Shown here: positions 21,810 to 31,657 of the stretch, piece after piece
Layout of the letters: each line of letters begins with the position of its first letter
Position numbering within the stretch: position 1 is the first letter of the stretch
Source: Nitrospinaceae bacterium
GTDB lineage: Bacteria > Nitrospinota > Nitrospinia > Nitrospinales > Nitrospinaceae
DNA length: 64,000 bases
Direction of reading: 5' to 3'
Assembly: GCA_965223665.1 (NCBI GenBank)
Contig: OZ245011.1
Coordinates: 1,152,001-1,216,000, forward strand
The notes under the pieces: generated by a model
Databases searched by the model: none
What the model was told of the DNA's origin: nothing
The model's input: only the letters and a program-made list of their open reading frames with translations
Made by a program: the position numbers and the translations under genes

Positions 21810-23060
21810 ATGACAGGACTTAGAATAGAAATTCTTTTCTTTTTAAAATTTTTCCCAAATAACAAATTAAATATTTTGGTTCTTTCCAATACAACTCCCC
21901 ATACAACAATAGAAAATAAAAGTTTCGATTTTCTCATTCTATTTTACGAGTCATTTAAAGAAAATTTAGATTTTATTATTGAAATGGTCCAAAAAGAAAA
22001 ATTCCTGGTAGGTTTTCCAGTTCTTATACTGGGAACAATAGGAGTTTTAGCTATTCTTCTAAACGTTTATATATTAGCTGCCCGAGCACATAGAAACTAT
22101 TTTGAAAGAAAAAGAAAGCGCCTGTTTGATAAATGGAGCGAAAAATTATTTCTTATTCTTGAAGAAAAAGCTGCTCTTTATGAAATTCTCATTTTAGTTA
22201 ATGACAATGATACGGAAAAAGAATTCTTTACTGAATTTTTAATTTATTACTTGGAAACTATTAAAGGTCAAAACTGGAAAGTAATTTGCCAAATTTTTCA
22301 AAAAGCTGGATTAGTGGAAAGAGAATTAGAAATTCTTCAAACGGACGAAAACAATTGGCGATGCGCAATGGCGGCCTATCGTTTAGGGCAGGTAAAGGCT
22401 AAAGAAGCTTTACCAACTTTACTTGAAACCGTAAGAACCGATAATAATATGTTGGCTTATTCCGCCGCAGCTTCGATCCTGAATTTGGAAGAAAAAGAAA
22501 GTACCTACGAAACTTTAAAATTTTTACTCAGCCACAAAAGTTTTAGTGAAGAGCAATTTGCAGAGATTATTTTAGGTCACGGAAGCTTGGTAACCAGCGA
22601 ATTGATTGACTTAACCAGTTTATACGAAAAGTTACCTTTGACGCGCTATATGATCATTGACTTTTTTGGCTACTTTAAAACTCTCAATGCAGCCCCATTC
22701 CTCATCAAACTACTTAAAAAGTCAAAGGAAACAGAAGAGAAGATTCGTCTGGTAAAGGCTCTTGGAAATATTATGTCCATTGAAGCCATCCCCACTTTGA
22801 AAAACTGTTTAAAGGAAGAGAATCCTATTATTCGATCCCAAGCTGCAAAAGCCTTAGGAAACTTTGAAGACGAAGAGAATATTCATTTTTTAGCACCTTT
22901 ACTGGAAGACAGAGATTGGTGGTGCAGGAACCACGCTACCATTGGAATTATGAAAATCGGCAAAACAGGAAGAGAATTTTTACAACAAAAATTTGAAGAG
23001 ACGCAAGATCCTTACGCTAAAGATATGATCAACCAAATCTTGCAAAATTTTCATGGATAG
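21810..23060 (+). CDS. Membrane-anchored HEAT-repeat protein
   Basis: One TM helix followed by repeats RCAMAAYRLG, IRSQAAKALG and DRDWWCRNHA. Confidence 0.8.
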   Translation: MTGLRIEILFFLKFFPNNKLNILVLSNTTPHTTIENKSFDFLILFYESFKENLDFIIEMVQKEKFLVGFPVLILGTIGVLAILLNVYILAARAHRNYFERKRKRLFDKWSEKLFLILEEKAALYEILILVNDNDTEKEFFTEFLIYYLETIKGQNWKVICQIFQKAGLVERELEILQTDENNWRCAMAAYRLGQVKAKEALPTLLETVRTDNNMLAYSAAASILNLEEKESTYETLKFLLSHKSFSEEQFAEIILGHGSLVTSELIDLTSLYEKLPLTRYMIIDFFGYFKTLNAAPFLIKLLKKSKETEEKIRLVKALGNIMSIEAIPTLKNCLKEENPIIRSQAAKALGNFEDEENIHFLAPLLEDRDWWCRNHATIGIMKIGKTGREFLQQKFEETQDPYAKDMINQILQNFHG

Positions 23061-24486
23061 CTTTTATCATAATATATTGTCAAATTTTATTTCGTTTGTA
23101 AACCATATTACGGTGGTTTACCTATTCGTGGTCAACGGAACATATTTAACAATGCTTGTACTGGCATTTAAAGCTATTCGTAAACATTTGAAAGAAATCC
23201 AGCTTGTAAAATTTAAAAGGATATTTCATTCCCCTTTTTTCAAACCCATTTCTATTATTGTTCCCGCATATAATGAAGAAGCCACCATTGTCGACAATGT
23301 TGAATCCTTATTACAAATTCATTACCCTTTATATGAAATAATTCTGGTTAATGATGGTTCAAGTGATCAAACTCTAAAAAAATTAGCCGACAGGTTTAAC
23401 TTCACTCCCTCTGAAAATGTCGTAAGGCATCAGGTCGCATGCTCAGAAATTTTAGGAATTTATACAAGTCCGGACTATCCAAAACTAATTTTAGTAGATA
23501 AAGTAAATGGAGGAAGCAAGTCTGACGCAATTAATGCTGGAATCAATGTATCTAAATTTCCTTTATTTTGTGCAATCGATGCCGATTCTCTACTGGAGCC
23601 AGATGTTTTATTAAGGTTGATTCGGCCTTTCATCGAAGATCCTTCTACAGTCGCTGCTGGAGGAACGGTTCGTATTTCAAATGGCTGTACAGTAAAGAAT
23701 GGTTACATAACTCAAGTCCGGTTGCCGAAAAGTTTGATAGGAAAATTTCAAATATTAGAATATTTGCGAGCCTTTCTTTCAGGGCGTGTTGCATTTTCAG
23801 CCATAAATGGATTAATCATAATTTCTGGAGCATTTGGATTATTTAAAAAAGAGGCAGTTATTCAGGTAGGAGGATACAAAGAAGGAATCATTGGAGAGGA
23901 TATGGAACTGGTTGTAAGACTCCATCGTGAATTAACCAAAAACAATATTCCTTATAGAGTTGCATTTGTACCTGAACCAGTTTGCTGGACAGAAGCCCCG
24001 GAAACATTAAAAATTTTAAAAAGGCAAAGAAAAAGATGGCAACGGGGGTTAATGGAAAGTTTGTTTGGGAACAAAGAAATTCTATTTAACTTTAAATATG
24101 GGGTAATCGGTTGGTTTGTTTTTCCGTTTTTTCTATTCATAGAGGGACTCGGCTGCTTTATTGAATTTTTTGGAGTTATTTTGCTACTAACTTCCTGGTA
24201 TTTAGATTTAATAAATCCCACTCTCTTGTTGTTATTTTTTATTGGGGGAATAGTTCTAAACATTTTCCTTTCTCTGGGTACTATTCTTTTTGAAGAGTTC
24301 TCCCTTCGTCGTTACCCACTATTATCAGATGTAATCATCCTTTCATTACTACCATTTATCGAAGTTTTTATTTATCGACCTTTTCAAGTATGGTGGCGTA
24401 TTCTTGGAAGTTGTGAATACTTTTTTAATATGCCTGCAAAATGGGGTCAAATGGAAAGATCAGGATTTGCAACTAAACCAAAATAA
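23053..24486 (+). CDS. Processive GT2 glycosyltransferase (PgaC/IcaA-like)
   Basis: SIIVPAYNEE, DGSSD, KSDAIN, IDADS, GEDME, QRKRW and C-terminal TMs; overlaps the HEAT gene stop. Confidence 0.9.
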   Translation: MDSFYHNILSNFISFVNHITVVYLFVVNGTYLTMLVLAFKAIRKHLKEIQLVKFKRIFHSPFFKPISIIVPAYNEEATIVDNVESLLQIHYPLYEIILVNDGSSDQTLKKLADRFNFTPSENVVRHQVACSEILGIYTSPDYPKLILVDKVNGGSKSDAINAGINVSKFPLFCAIDADSLLEPDVLLRLIRPFIEDPSTVAAGGTVRISNGCTVKNGYITQVRLPKSLIGKFQILEYLRAFLSGRVAFSAINGLIIISGAFGLFKKEAVIQVGGYKEGIIGEDMELVVRLHRELTKNNIPYRVAFVPEPVCWTEAPETLKILKRQRKRWQRGLMESLFGNKEILFNFKYGVIGWFVFPFFLFIEGLGCFIEFFGVILLLTSWYLDLINPTLLLLFFIGGIVLNIFLSLGTILFEEFSLRRYPLLSDVIILSLLPFIEVFIYRPFQVWWRILGSCEYFFNMPAKWGQMERSGFATKPK

Positions 24487-24512
24487 AGTTTAATTAAGGG
24501 AAAATTATTTAA

Positions 24513-25244
24513 TTAGTTTGAGGGGCAATCGCATTTATATTCAGTATCTGAAATCCAAGTAATACAAATATAATCAGGAAATAATGTTGTGTTTTTTTCA
24601 AAAATAGCCACTTCTAATTGTGGACAGGTTAGGTTTAACGCTTTAGATAAATCGGCTCCGCTTAAATCTGCTTCTTGAAAATCAGCATTTACCAAGTTAG
24701 CACCATTAAAAATTGAATTAGATAAATCGGCTCCAGTAAAATCTGCCTCACTAAGGTCGGCTTGACTAAAATTAATTCCTTCCAGTTTAGAATATTGAAA
24801 CTCAGATCGTTTCATAAGTGCATGCGAAAAGTCTGAGTTTCTTAAATCGGCAGCTTTAAAGTCAGTTTCAATTAAATTAGCATTTTGAAGACTAGCTTCG
24901 CTCATATAAACACCCGTCAGATTGGAACCTTCTAAATTACCTCCGGAAAGATCTGAACGTCTAAAATCCGCGCCTTCTAATTCTGCATGAGAAAGCTTAG
25001 CTCGTACCAAATAAGCATCACTAACATTTGCTTCCGTCAAATCTGTTTCCGATAAGTTTGCACCTTCTAAATTTGATTCCCGAAGCCTTACTCTATATAA
25101 ATTGGCACGAAATAAATTGGCTTCTTGAAGGTTAGCCTCAGTTAAATCAGATTCACTCAAATCCGATTCCTGAAGATTACAACTCTTCCAGTCTTGACCA
25201 ATTAACTCTTTTCCACTGAGATCCTGCTTGGAAAGATCTAACAT
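24513..25244 (-). CDS. Pentapeptide repeat protein
   Basis: Continuous A(D/N)Lxx repeats. Confidence 0.92.
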   Translation of the reverse strand: MLDLSKQDLSGKELIGQDWKSCNLQESDLSESDLTEANLQEANLFRANLYRVRLRESNLEGANLSETDLTEANVSDAYLVRAKLSHAELEGADFRRSDLSGGNLEGSNLTGVYMSEASLQNANLIETDFKAADLRNSDFSHALMKRSEFQYSKLEGINFSQADLSEADFTGADLSNSIFNGANLVNADFQEADLSGADLSKALNLTCPQLEVAIFEKNTTLFPDYICITWISDTEYKCDCPSN

Positions 25245-25270
25245 AACTTGTCCTTTTAAATTATTTTTAA

Positions 25271-25468
25271 TTACTTTTTGGGAGGAAGGTCAAAGTCGAT
25301 GATCCCCTGTTGCCCTTTAGATGCCAAACCTCGCCTCTTAGAACTTTTCAACAAATCTTTAATATCTTTTTTATTATTGGTTGGTGACATTTCATCTGAA
25401 TTATTTTTATTTTCTTTAATTTCTTCAGAATCAGATTCGTCTTTAGGCGTTTTTTTGATGGAAGACAT
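25271..25468 (-). CDS. Small hypothetical protein
   Basis: 65-aa hydrophilic ORF co-oriented with its neighbours. Confidence 0.45.
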   Translation of the reverse strand: MSSIKKTPKDESDSEEIKENKNNSDEMSPTNNKKDIKDLLKSSKRRGLASKGQQGIIDFDLPPKK

Positions 25469-25565
25469 TAGGCTCAGTTAAATCAATTAAAAGTTCCAAA
25501 TTTACAATAAGCAAAAATAGTTATATCACGGTTAAAATGGATAATTAATAATACCAATTCACTGG

Positions 25566-26732
25566 TTATTTTTCATTCTTTGTTTTTAAAGAATTGTATT
25601 TTATAGCATTCTTATATACCTGGACTATTTTTTTAGTCGACTCAGACCAAGAAAATCTTTTTAACATCTCATCCTTTGCTTTTTGCCCCATCTTTTCATA
25701 TTTTTCCTGATAGGTCAGTACAATTTTTAGAGATTGGGCTAAGGCTGGAATATCGTCTGGTTTCACTAGGGTTCCAGTAATACCGTCTTCTAGAAATTCA
25801 GGAATTGCCCCTACCCCATTTGCAATCACAGGTAGACCTGACGCTAAAGCCTCAGCTATCGCTAGACCAAAACTTTCTATTTTGGAAGGAAAAACACCTA
25901 CATTACATTCAGCAGATAACTCCTGAATTTGCTCGGGACTTTTCCAACCTAAAAACTGAACCTGGTTTTTTAGACCTAATTTTATAGATTCTGCTTTATA
26001 TTTCTCAGTCAAACTTCCCTCACCCACTAATCTTAATCTAAAATGTGGAATTTCTTTTTTAAGAATAGAAAGTGCTTTTAGGAGTTCTATTATTCCTTTT
26101 TGGTCTTCCATCCTGCCCCAAAGTAAAATTTCATTATTTGAAGAAGGACATCGTTTGACATGGAACCAACTATTATCAATTCCGGGAGAAATCGTTTCAA
26201 TTTTTTCCGTAACATTTTCGCCCAATCCACGGACAACTAAATTTTTGGAAAACTCGCTAAACGTAATTATCCTATCTGCAATTCTAGCAGAGTGCCGTTG
26301 GAGGTAACAGTTTACACGTTTCAAAAAATGAAAGGGTCTATTTAAACCAAGAAGAATTCCTGTACTTGGAATAATATTTGAATGGGAAGTATAAACATAG
26401 GGTATCTGGTACTTAGATACAAGAGATTGAAACAAACAGGATTCTTCTGCATTCCCATGAATAACATCGAACCGCTCATGACTTAACAAACGGCTCAAGG
26501 CAAATCGAAAGGAAAATATATTTAAGTTCACGGTAGCCCAATTAAAATGGCGAACCCATTTAACGCGATAGTTCACATTAGATTTAATATTTTTTTGGGG
26601 ATCTTTAGAATATAACACCAAAACTTCATGACCCAGTTTAGTCAATTCAGTGGCATGGTGATGAACAGCAATATTTCCACCCCCTCTTCCGTCAGACCAA
26701 GGAGAGGAGTTCATAGTGAGACAAATCTTCAT
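25566..26732 (-). CDS. GT4 family glycosyltransferase
   Basis: GGGNIAV, GRMEDQKG, ESFGLAIAEALASGLPVI. Confidence 0.92.
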   Translation of the reverse strand: MKICLTMNSSPWSDGRGGGNIAVHHHATELTKLGHEVLVLYSKDPQKNIKSNVNYRVKWVRHFNWATVNLNIFSFRFALSRLLSHERFDVIHGNAEESCLFQSLVSKYQIPYVYTSHSNIIPSTGILLGLNRPFHFLKRVNCYLQRHSARIADRIITFSEFSKNLVVRGLGENVTEKIETISPGIDNSWFHVKRCPSSNNEILLWGRMEDQKGIIELLKALSILKKEIPHFRLRLVGEGSLTEKYKAESIKLGLKNQVQFLGWKSPEQIQELSAECNVGVFPSKIESFGLAIAEALASGLPVIANGVGAIPEFLEDGITGTLVKPDDIPALAQSLKIVLTYQEKYEKMGQKAKDEMLKRFSWSESTKKIVQVYKNAIKYNSLKTKNEK

Positions 26733-26746
26733 ATTGGTATTTAAGG

Positions 26747-27997
26747 CTAAGAATAAAGCATGACTATGGAGTCTTCAGCAACTCCTTTATTTATCAATTC
26801 TTCTTTTATTTGATTTCGCCAAGCAAATGAAGAAATTAAAACAAGAAATTCGTTAGGCCCCATGGATGAAAAGGGAATTTCATCAGGAAGCAATACTGGT
26901 ATTCCATGAATCCTAGTACCTTGCTTCAGCTTATCTTTATCTAATATCAAAAATTGTCTTTCTTTTTGAAATAACCTCGTAAATAAAGAAAGGTACTCTG
27001 TATGATGTCCTGCACCCCAAATTATGATCTTTTTATCCTTGGAGAAACTTGAAACTATTTTTGCAACCTTTTGTGAACTCTCTCTCCATACTTTTAGGTA
27101 ACTATCCGTGATTTTATTTTCATTTTCTATTTCTTCGCGATTGGGAAAGTTAAGTTTTTTTGAACTTGGTTTAGCCACCACCCGAAACCCATTCCCAACA
27201 TGATCATACTCATAAATAATTTCCCAACCTGCTCCCAATAACATTCTTTTTAAAGAGTTTTTGCTGAAATGCACAAAATGGGAAATTGAAAAAAAACCAC
27301 ATAAATCTTTCCCCTGAGTTTCTATAGCTCTATCAATAGTAGGGACTTCCACTAATAGATAACTATCTCCCTTCATCAATTCATTAAGTTTTTCTAAAAA
27401 ATATAAAGGATGAGAAATATGTTCTAAAACATGAAATAAAGAAACGAGGTCTGGATTGAGAGTATTCAGCGCCAACTCAAAATCATTTTCCCAAAACTGA
27501 ATATGGGGAGATAATAACCTGGCCCTTTCAACCATACCCTTGTCGATTTCCACCCCGGCACATTTTATATGGCTTGGAAAATTTTTGAGAAATTGACCTT
27601 CGCCACAACCAATATCGACAACACTTTTAATATCAGGTAAAAATTTTTTTACCCAACTTACTCGTTCCTGGGGATCGCAATATCCATAACTTTTTCCTGC
27701 TTTTTCGAACAAATAGGCTATACCCTTTTCAGTGAACCATGGATTGGAATAAATTAAACCACAAACATCACAGGTAACTACCTGAAGGGTAATTCGATTT
27801 TTTCCTTCTTTATCTTCGAAAAATTGAAAATCTGAAAATGAAATAAGCTCCTCAAAAGAATTTTTTGAGCAATAAGGGCAATTTACTTTTTCTTGAAGAA
27901 TGAAGGGTGAGCTTTTCGCCTTTAAACGATTATAAAAAGCCCAAGGCAAACCATTTTCATTTTTTGGGGGCTTGAGTTCAAAATCCAGAATAGCCAT
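26747..27997 (-). CDS. Class I SAM-dependent methyltransferase with N-terminal Zn ribbon (sugar C-methyltransferase-like)
   Basis: CPYC...CDVC, VVDIGCGEG, FHVLEHI, IIWGAG. Confidence 0.8.
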   Translation of the reverse strand: MAILDFELKPPKNENGLPWAFYNRLKAKSSPFILQEKVNCPYCSKNSFEELISFSDFQFFEDKEGKNRITLQVVTCDVCGLIYSNPWFTEKGIAYLFEKAGKSYGYCDPQERVSWVKKFLPDIKSVVDIGCGEGQFLKNFPSHIKCAGVEIDKGMVERARLLSPHIQFWENDFELALNTLNPDLVSLFHVLEHISHPLYFLEKLNELMKGDSYLLVEVPTIDRAIETQGKDLCGFFSISHFVHFSKNSLKRMLLGAGWEIIYEYDHVGNGFRVVAKPSSKKLNFPNREEIENENKITDSYLKVWRESSQKVAKIVSSFSKDKKIIIWGAGHHTEYLSLFTRLFQKERQFLILDKDKLKQGTRIHGIPVLLPDEIPFSSMGPNEFLVLISSFAWRNQIKEELINKGVAEDSIVMLYS

Positions 27998-28070
27998 ACT
28001 ACATTTATCGAAATAATTTGAGGAAAACTAAAATGTATTGCTATTCCTTATAATCAAGTCACAATTTAAC

Positions 28071-28844
28071 TTATGCAACTTTCTTTTGGGTAAACCAATA
28101 GGGAATACTCACAAAAACCATTCCTCCCACCATATTCCCCAGAGTAACCCAAAATAAATTAAATCCCATTCCGCTAATGGAAATTTCTGCACCATGAGGT
28201 AATAACAGTCCAATGCTTAAAAGTGTCATATTTGCCACACAATGCTCAAATCCACTAGCGATAAAGGCAAATAGACACCAAAAAATCAAGATCAATTTGG
28301 CAACGTCACTTTGAGTTCTTCCACATACCCAAATCGCCAGGCACACCAACCAATTACATAATATGCCTCGGAAAAATAATTCATTGTATTCAGCATTCAT
28401 TTTTGAATAACTATATTTAAGAATTAAGTCCTTTGATGCATCCACAAAGCTATTTGCCTGGACAACAAATTCTGCCAACAAAAATGATCCAGCTAGATTT
28501 CCGAAGAAACAGACCAATGACAACGTCAACAACTCATTTCTAGTAATAGTTCCATTTAATCTTCCCATAAGACCTACCAGATTATTACCCGTAAATAATT
28601 CTGACCCAGCAAATACGACAAGACTTAAAGCAATCCCAAAACTTGCACCCATAATAACTTTTGAAAAAATTCCCTGACCAAAACTTTGGACGGGTCCTCC
28701 AATAGAAAAAATAAGCACAATCCCAAAACCTACGTAAGCTCCTGCCAGCATAGAAAGAAAAAAATAACCCACTGGAGTTTCTTTCATTAATTGAACCTTT
28801 TTATATGCCAATTCCGACATTTTCTGTGTTTCTTGCAAAAACAT
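28071..28844 (-). CDS. nirC: Formate/nitrite transporter (NirC)
   Basis: LAGAYVG, GSELFTGN, RGILCNWLVCLA, GFEHCVANM, VTLGNMVGG; directly downstream of nirA. Confidence 0.88.
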   Translation of the reverse strand: MFLQETQKMSELAYKKVQLMKETPVGYFFLSMLAGAYVGFGIVLIFSIGGPVQSFGQGIFSKVIMGASFGIALSLVVFAGSELFTGNNLVGLMGRLNGTITRNELLTLSLVCFFGNLAGSFLLAEFVVQANSFVDASKDLILKYSYSKMNAEYNELFFRGILCNWLVCLAIWVCGRTQSDVAKLILIFWCLFAFIASGFEHCVANMTLLSIGLLLPHGAEISISGMGFNLFWVTLGNMVGGMVFVSIPYWFTQKKVA

Positions 28845-28880
28845 AATTTCCTCAATTTAAGGAGTTGAAGATAATTACCA

Positions 28881-30455
28881 TCAATTTTCTAACAAGGGTG
28901 CCATTGGTTTGGAAACGTCTTCAGGCTTTTTATGCTTTTTAGCTTCGCGTTTTTTAACTATTGGATGGATCTTTTTTCTTGCATGATAAGGAACTATTGA
29001 TTCGAGAACTTTTGACAAACTACTACAAGGAACATTTTCCATTATTTTTGTTGATTCTTTTGGATAAGGCCCCGATCTACCTCCCACAAATATATCCACA
29101 GCGTCCACAATTTCTTTTCCAATTTTCACTCGTTTTCCTAACAAACCAATATCAGCAACCAAATGATTTCCGCAACCCGCCGAACACCCTGACCAGTGCA
29201 TGGACAGGGGTTCTACCTTTTCCAAAGTTCTTTCTAGTTTTCTGGCCACTTCCACAGCACGTTCTTTGGTTTCGATAGTTGCTAAACCACAATAATCAAT
29301 TCCTACACAACTCACCAGGTTTTTCATAATCGAAGAGGGGGCATACAATAATTTTTTAAGCAAAGGTTCCTTAACCAGATCACCTAGAAAATCATCAGAA
29401 ACATTAGGAATAATTAGAGTTTGAGCCGGAGAAATTCTTATCTCTCCGTTTCCAAATTTTTCAGCTAAGGAAGCTAATTCACGTAACTCATCTGAGTTTA
29501 TTCGGCCCACTAATACTTTAAGCCCTACATAGTTTAGAGATTTTTGTTTTTGCCTAAATACTCCAATGTGCTCATTTACATTTTTTTCACGAGCATCAGT
29601 TCCAGCTGTTTCCAAGGTATAACCCAAACGATCGCATAAAACAGACCGAAAATATTTTTCTCCCCAATCCTCAACTAAAAATGCTAAACGATTTTGAGTT
29701 CTTACCTCTCGATTCCCGAATTCGTTATAAATACCAATAATTTCTAAACATACATCAATCAATTCTTCTGGTTTTATAAAAATATCTAAACAAGAAGCTA
29801 TTCGATAACCACCCGACCCTAATTTCCCACCCACTCTAACGTTAAAACCAACTATTTTTTCACTCATTGATTCTTTAAAAGCAGGAATAAACGCAAGGTC
29901 CTGAGTTTCTAAATGCAAACAATTCTCGGGACATCCACTTAAAGCAATATTTAATTTTCTCGGCAAATTTGTATATTTGGGATTCTTTAGAATACAGCTG
30001 TTTAATTTATCCAAAATGGGAAAGACATCCATCAGTTCTTTGGGAGCCAGCCCGGAAACAGGACAGCCAATTATATTTCTTACGTTATCCATACCTGTTT
30101 GCATTGAATTAAGCCCAACCATATCCAACAAATCATAAACAGCTGGCATGTTTTCAATTTTCAACCCTCTAATTTGAACTTGTTGTCTGGTAGTAATATC
30201 AATTGTGCCATTGCCATATTGCTTAGCAATATGGGCAACCATTTTAATTTGTTGAGTATTCGTAAATCCATTAGGAATCCTTACCCTTAGCATAAAATAT
30301 CCAGGAGTTGGTTTTCGTAAAAACAACCCATACCATTTCAACCTATGGATATCCTCTTCACTTATCGATTCCCAACCGTCTTTCGCAAATGATTCAAGCT
30401 CGTGAATAATTTGCAAAGGATCTTTCTCGGTTTTTATGATTTCAATTGAATTCAT
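28881..30455 (-). CDS. nirA: Ferredoxin-nitrite reductase (assimilatory)
   Basis: RLKWYGLF, FMLRVRIPNG, TTRQQVQ, NLPRK; siroheme/4Fe-4S ligands CVGIDYC and GCSAGC. Start placed at Met 30455. Confidence 0.9.
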   Translation of the reverse strand: MNSIEIIKTEKDPLQIIHELESFAKDGWESISEEDIHRLKWYGLFLRKPTPGYFMLRVRIPNGFTNTQQIKMVAHIAKQYGNGTIDITTRQQVQIRGLKIENMPAVYDLLDMVGLNSMQTGMDNVRNIIGCPVSGLAPKELMDVFPILDKLNSCILKNPKYTNLPRKLNIALSGCPENCLHLETQDLAFIPAFKESMSEKIVGFNVRVGGKLGSGGYRIASCLDIFIKPEELIDVCLEIIGIYNEFGNREVRTQNRLAFLVEDWGEKYFRSVLCDRLGYTLETAGTDAREKNVNEHIGVFRQKQKSLNYVGLKVLVGRINSDELRELASLAEKFGNGEIRISPAQTLIIPNVSDDFLGDLVKEPLLKKLLYAPSSIMKNLVSCVGIDYCGLATIETKERAVEVARKLERTLEKVEPLSMHWSGCSAGCGNHLVADIGLLGKRVKIGKEIVDAVDIFVGGRSGPYPKESTKIMENVPCSSLSKVLESIVPYHARKKIHPIVKKREAKKHKKPEDVSKPMAPLLEN

Positions 30456-30492
30456 TCCTAATTTCCATGGCAAACAATAAAACAGTCTACAA

Positions 30493-30508
30493 AGCAATAT
30501 CCATTCCA
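30493..30508 (-). promoter_or_regulatory. Putative sigma54 promoter of nirA-nirC
   Basis: Minus strand TGGAATGGATATTGCT (GG-N10-GC). Confidence 0.65.
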
Positions 30509-30714
30509 AGATTTAAATTTGGAATCAAAATTCTTAAATAACCCAATTCTTAGATGTAAACACTTTAATTGTTAGGTTTAGGTTTGATTTCAGGACAACA
30601 GTTTTGCTTCATTTTTATTCAACTGAGATCCATAGTGACTAATAATGCATCAAAAAAATTTAACTTTTGAATAGGCTTGGAAGTATGAAAGGAAAAACAT
30701 TGGGAAAGAAATGT

Positions 30715-31362
30715 TTAGTTATTTAATTGAATAACAAAAAACATATTGGCATATATATCAATATTGTAGTTTCTTTTATCTGCCAATTTGGACAAAGAGT
30801 TGTTGCAAAAGAAATTTACATGGGTGGGGTCGTCTTTATACCACCAAGCATTGAAGCTCTCGATTTCAGCCGGTGTATTTATAAATGGATTCGTAAGTAA
30901 TGTGGAAAATACCATTATCCCATCATGAGTAAGTACTTTCTCAATTTCACCTAATTCTTGAAAAAGGTTTGGAATATGCTCAATCACTTCATATCCAAAA
31001 ACAACATCAAATTTTTGATTGTACTTTTGATCCTTTAAAAATCCGTGAATCATAGGTTCTAGAGGAGTCACATTTAATCCTCTTCCTTGTAATTCTCGTG
31101 TCAAGTCTCCCGAACCTGAACCAAAATCCAAAATTGAGTTCGCATTATTATAATTGGAAGCGAGTTTCAATAATACCTCTGCCTTATTTTTCCAACCTGA
31201 TGGATCGCTTGTTCCCCATTGGTCTTTATAGTGAATATCTTCTTCCTCTCTTTCTAATAGACATTCAGAAAAAATAAAAGAGCAGTCAGGACATTTATAA
31301 AAGTCCCGATCTTTTTTATAGAATAAAACTGAAGGCTTTTCACAAATTTTACAGGAAGTCAT
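30715..31362 (-). CDS. Class I SAM-dependent methyltransferase with Zn ribbon
   Basis: CKIC...CPDC, ILDFGSGSG, EVIEHI, WWYKDDPTHVNFF. Confidence 0.85.
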   Translation of the reverse strand: MTSCKICEKPSVLFYKKDRDFYKCPDCSFIFSECLLEREEEDIHYKDQWGTSDPSGWKNKAEVLLKLASNYNNANSILDFGSGSGDLTRELQGRGLNVTPLEPMIHGFLKDQKYNQKFDVVFGYEVIEHIPNLFQELGEIEKVLTHDGIMVFSTLLTNPFINTPAEIESFNAWWYKDDPTHVNFFCNNSLSKLADKRNYNIDIYANMFFVIQLNN

Positions 31363-31657
31363 AACTTTAATTCTTAGGTTTTTTACTTATTAATTAAATA
31401 TCGGGTTTTTTCAAATTTTCCTCAGCTTTTATTGAAATTTTTCTAATTTTTCTAATTTAAAAACACTCTATTAAATAACCATAAAAAGTGGCAAAAACGG
31501 TTAACATCCTTTAACCTGTAAAAATGGAAGAAGTATCTATTATTGCTTTTATAAAAACTTAGCTCTCAATTGAAATAGTTCTTTTGGAATAGTGCTTGGA
31601 AAAATCATTTAAAATTGGGAAATTATTTAATTAATCCTTTCCAGAGCTCCCTAAATA

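Noticed and set aside
24513-25244. Pentapeptide protein as Qnr/MfpA resistance factor
   Set aside because: Generic repeats only, with no specific evidence or mobile context.
31584-31600. Sigma54-like element upstream of cheB (TGGAATAGTGCTTGGA)
   Set aside because: The -12 position reads GG rather than the conserved GC.
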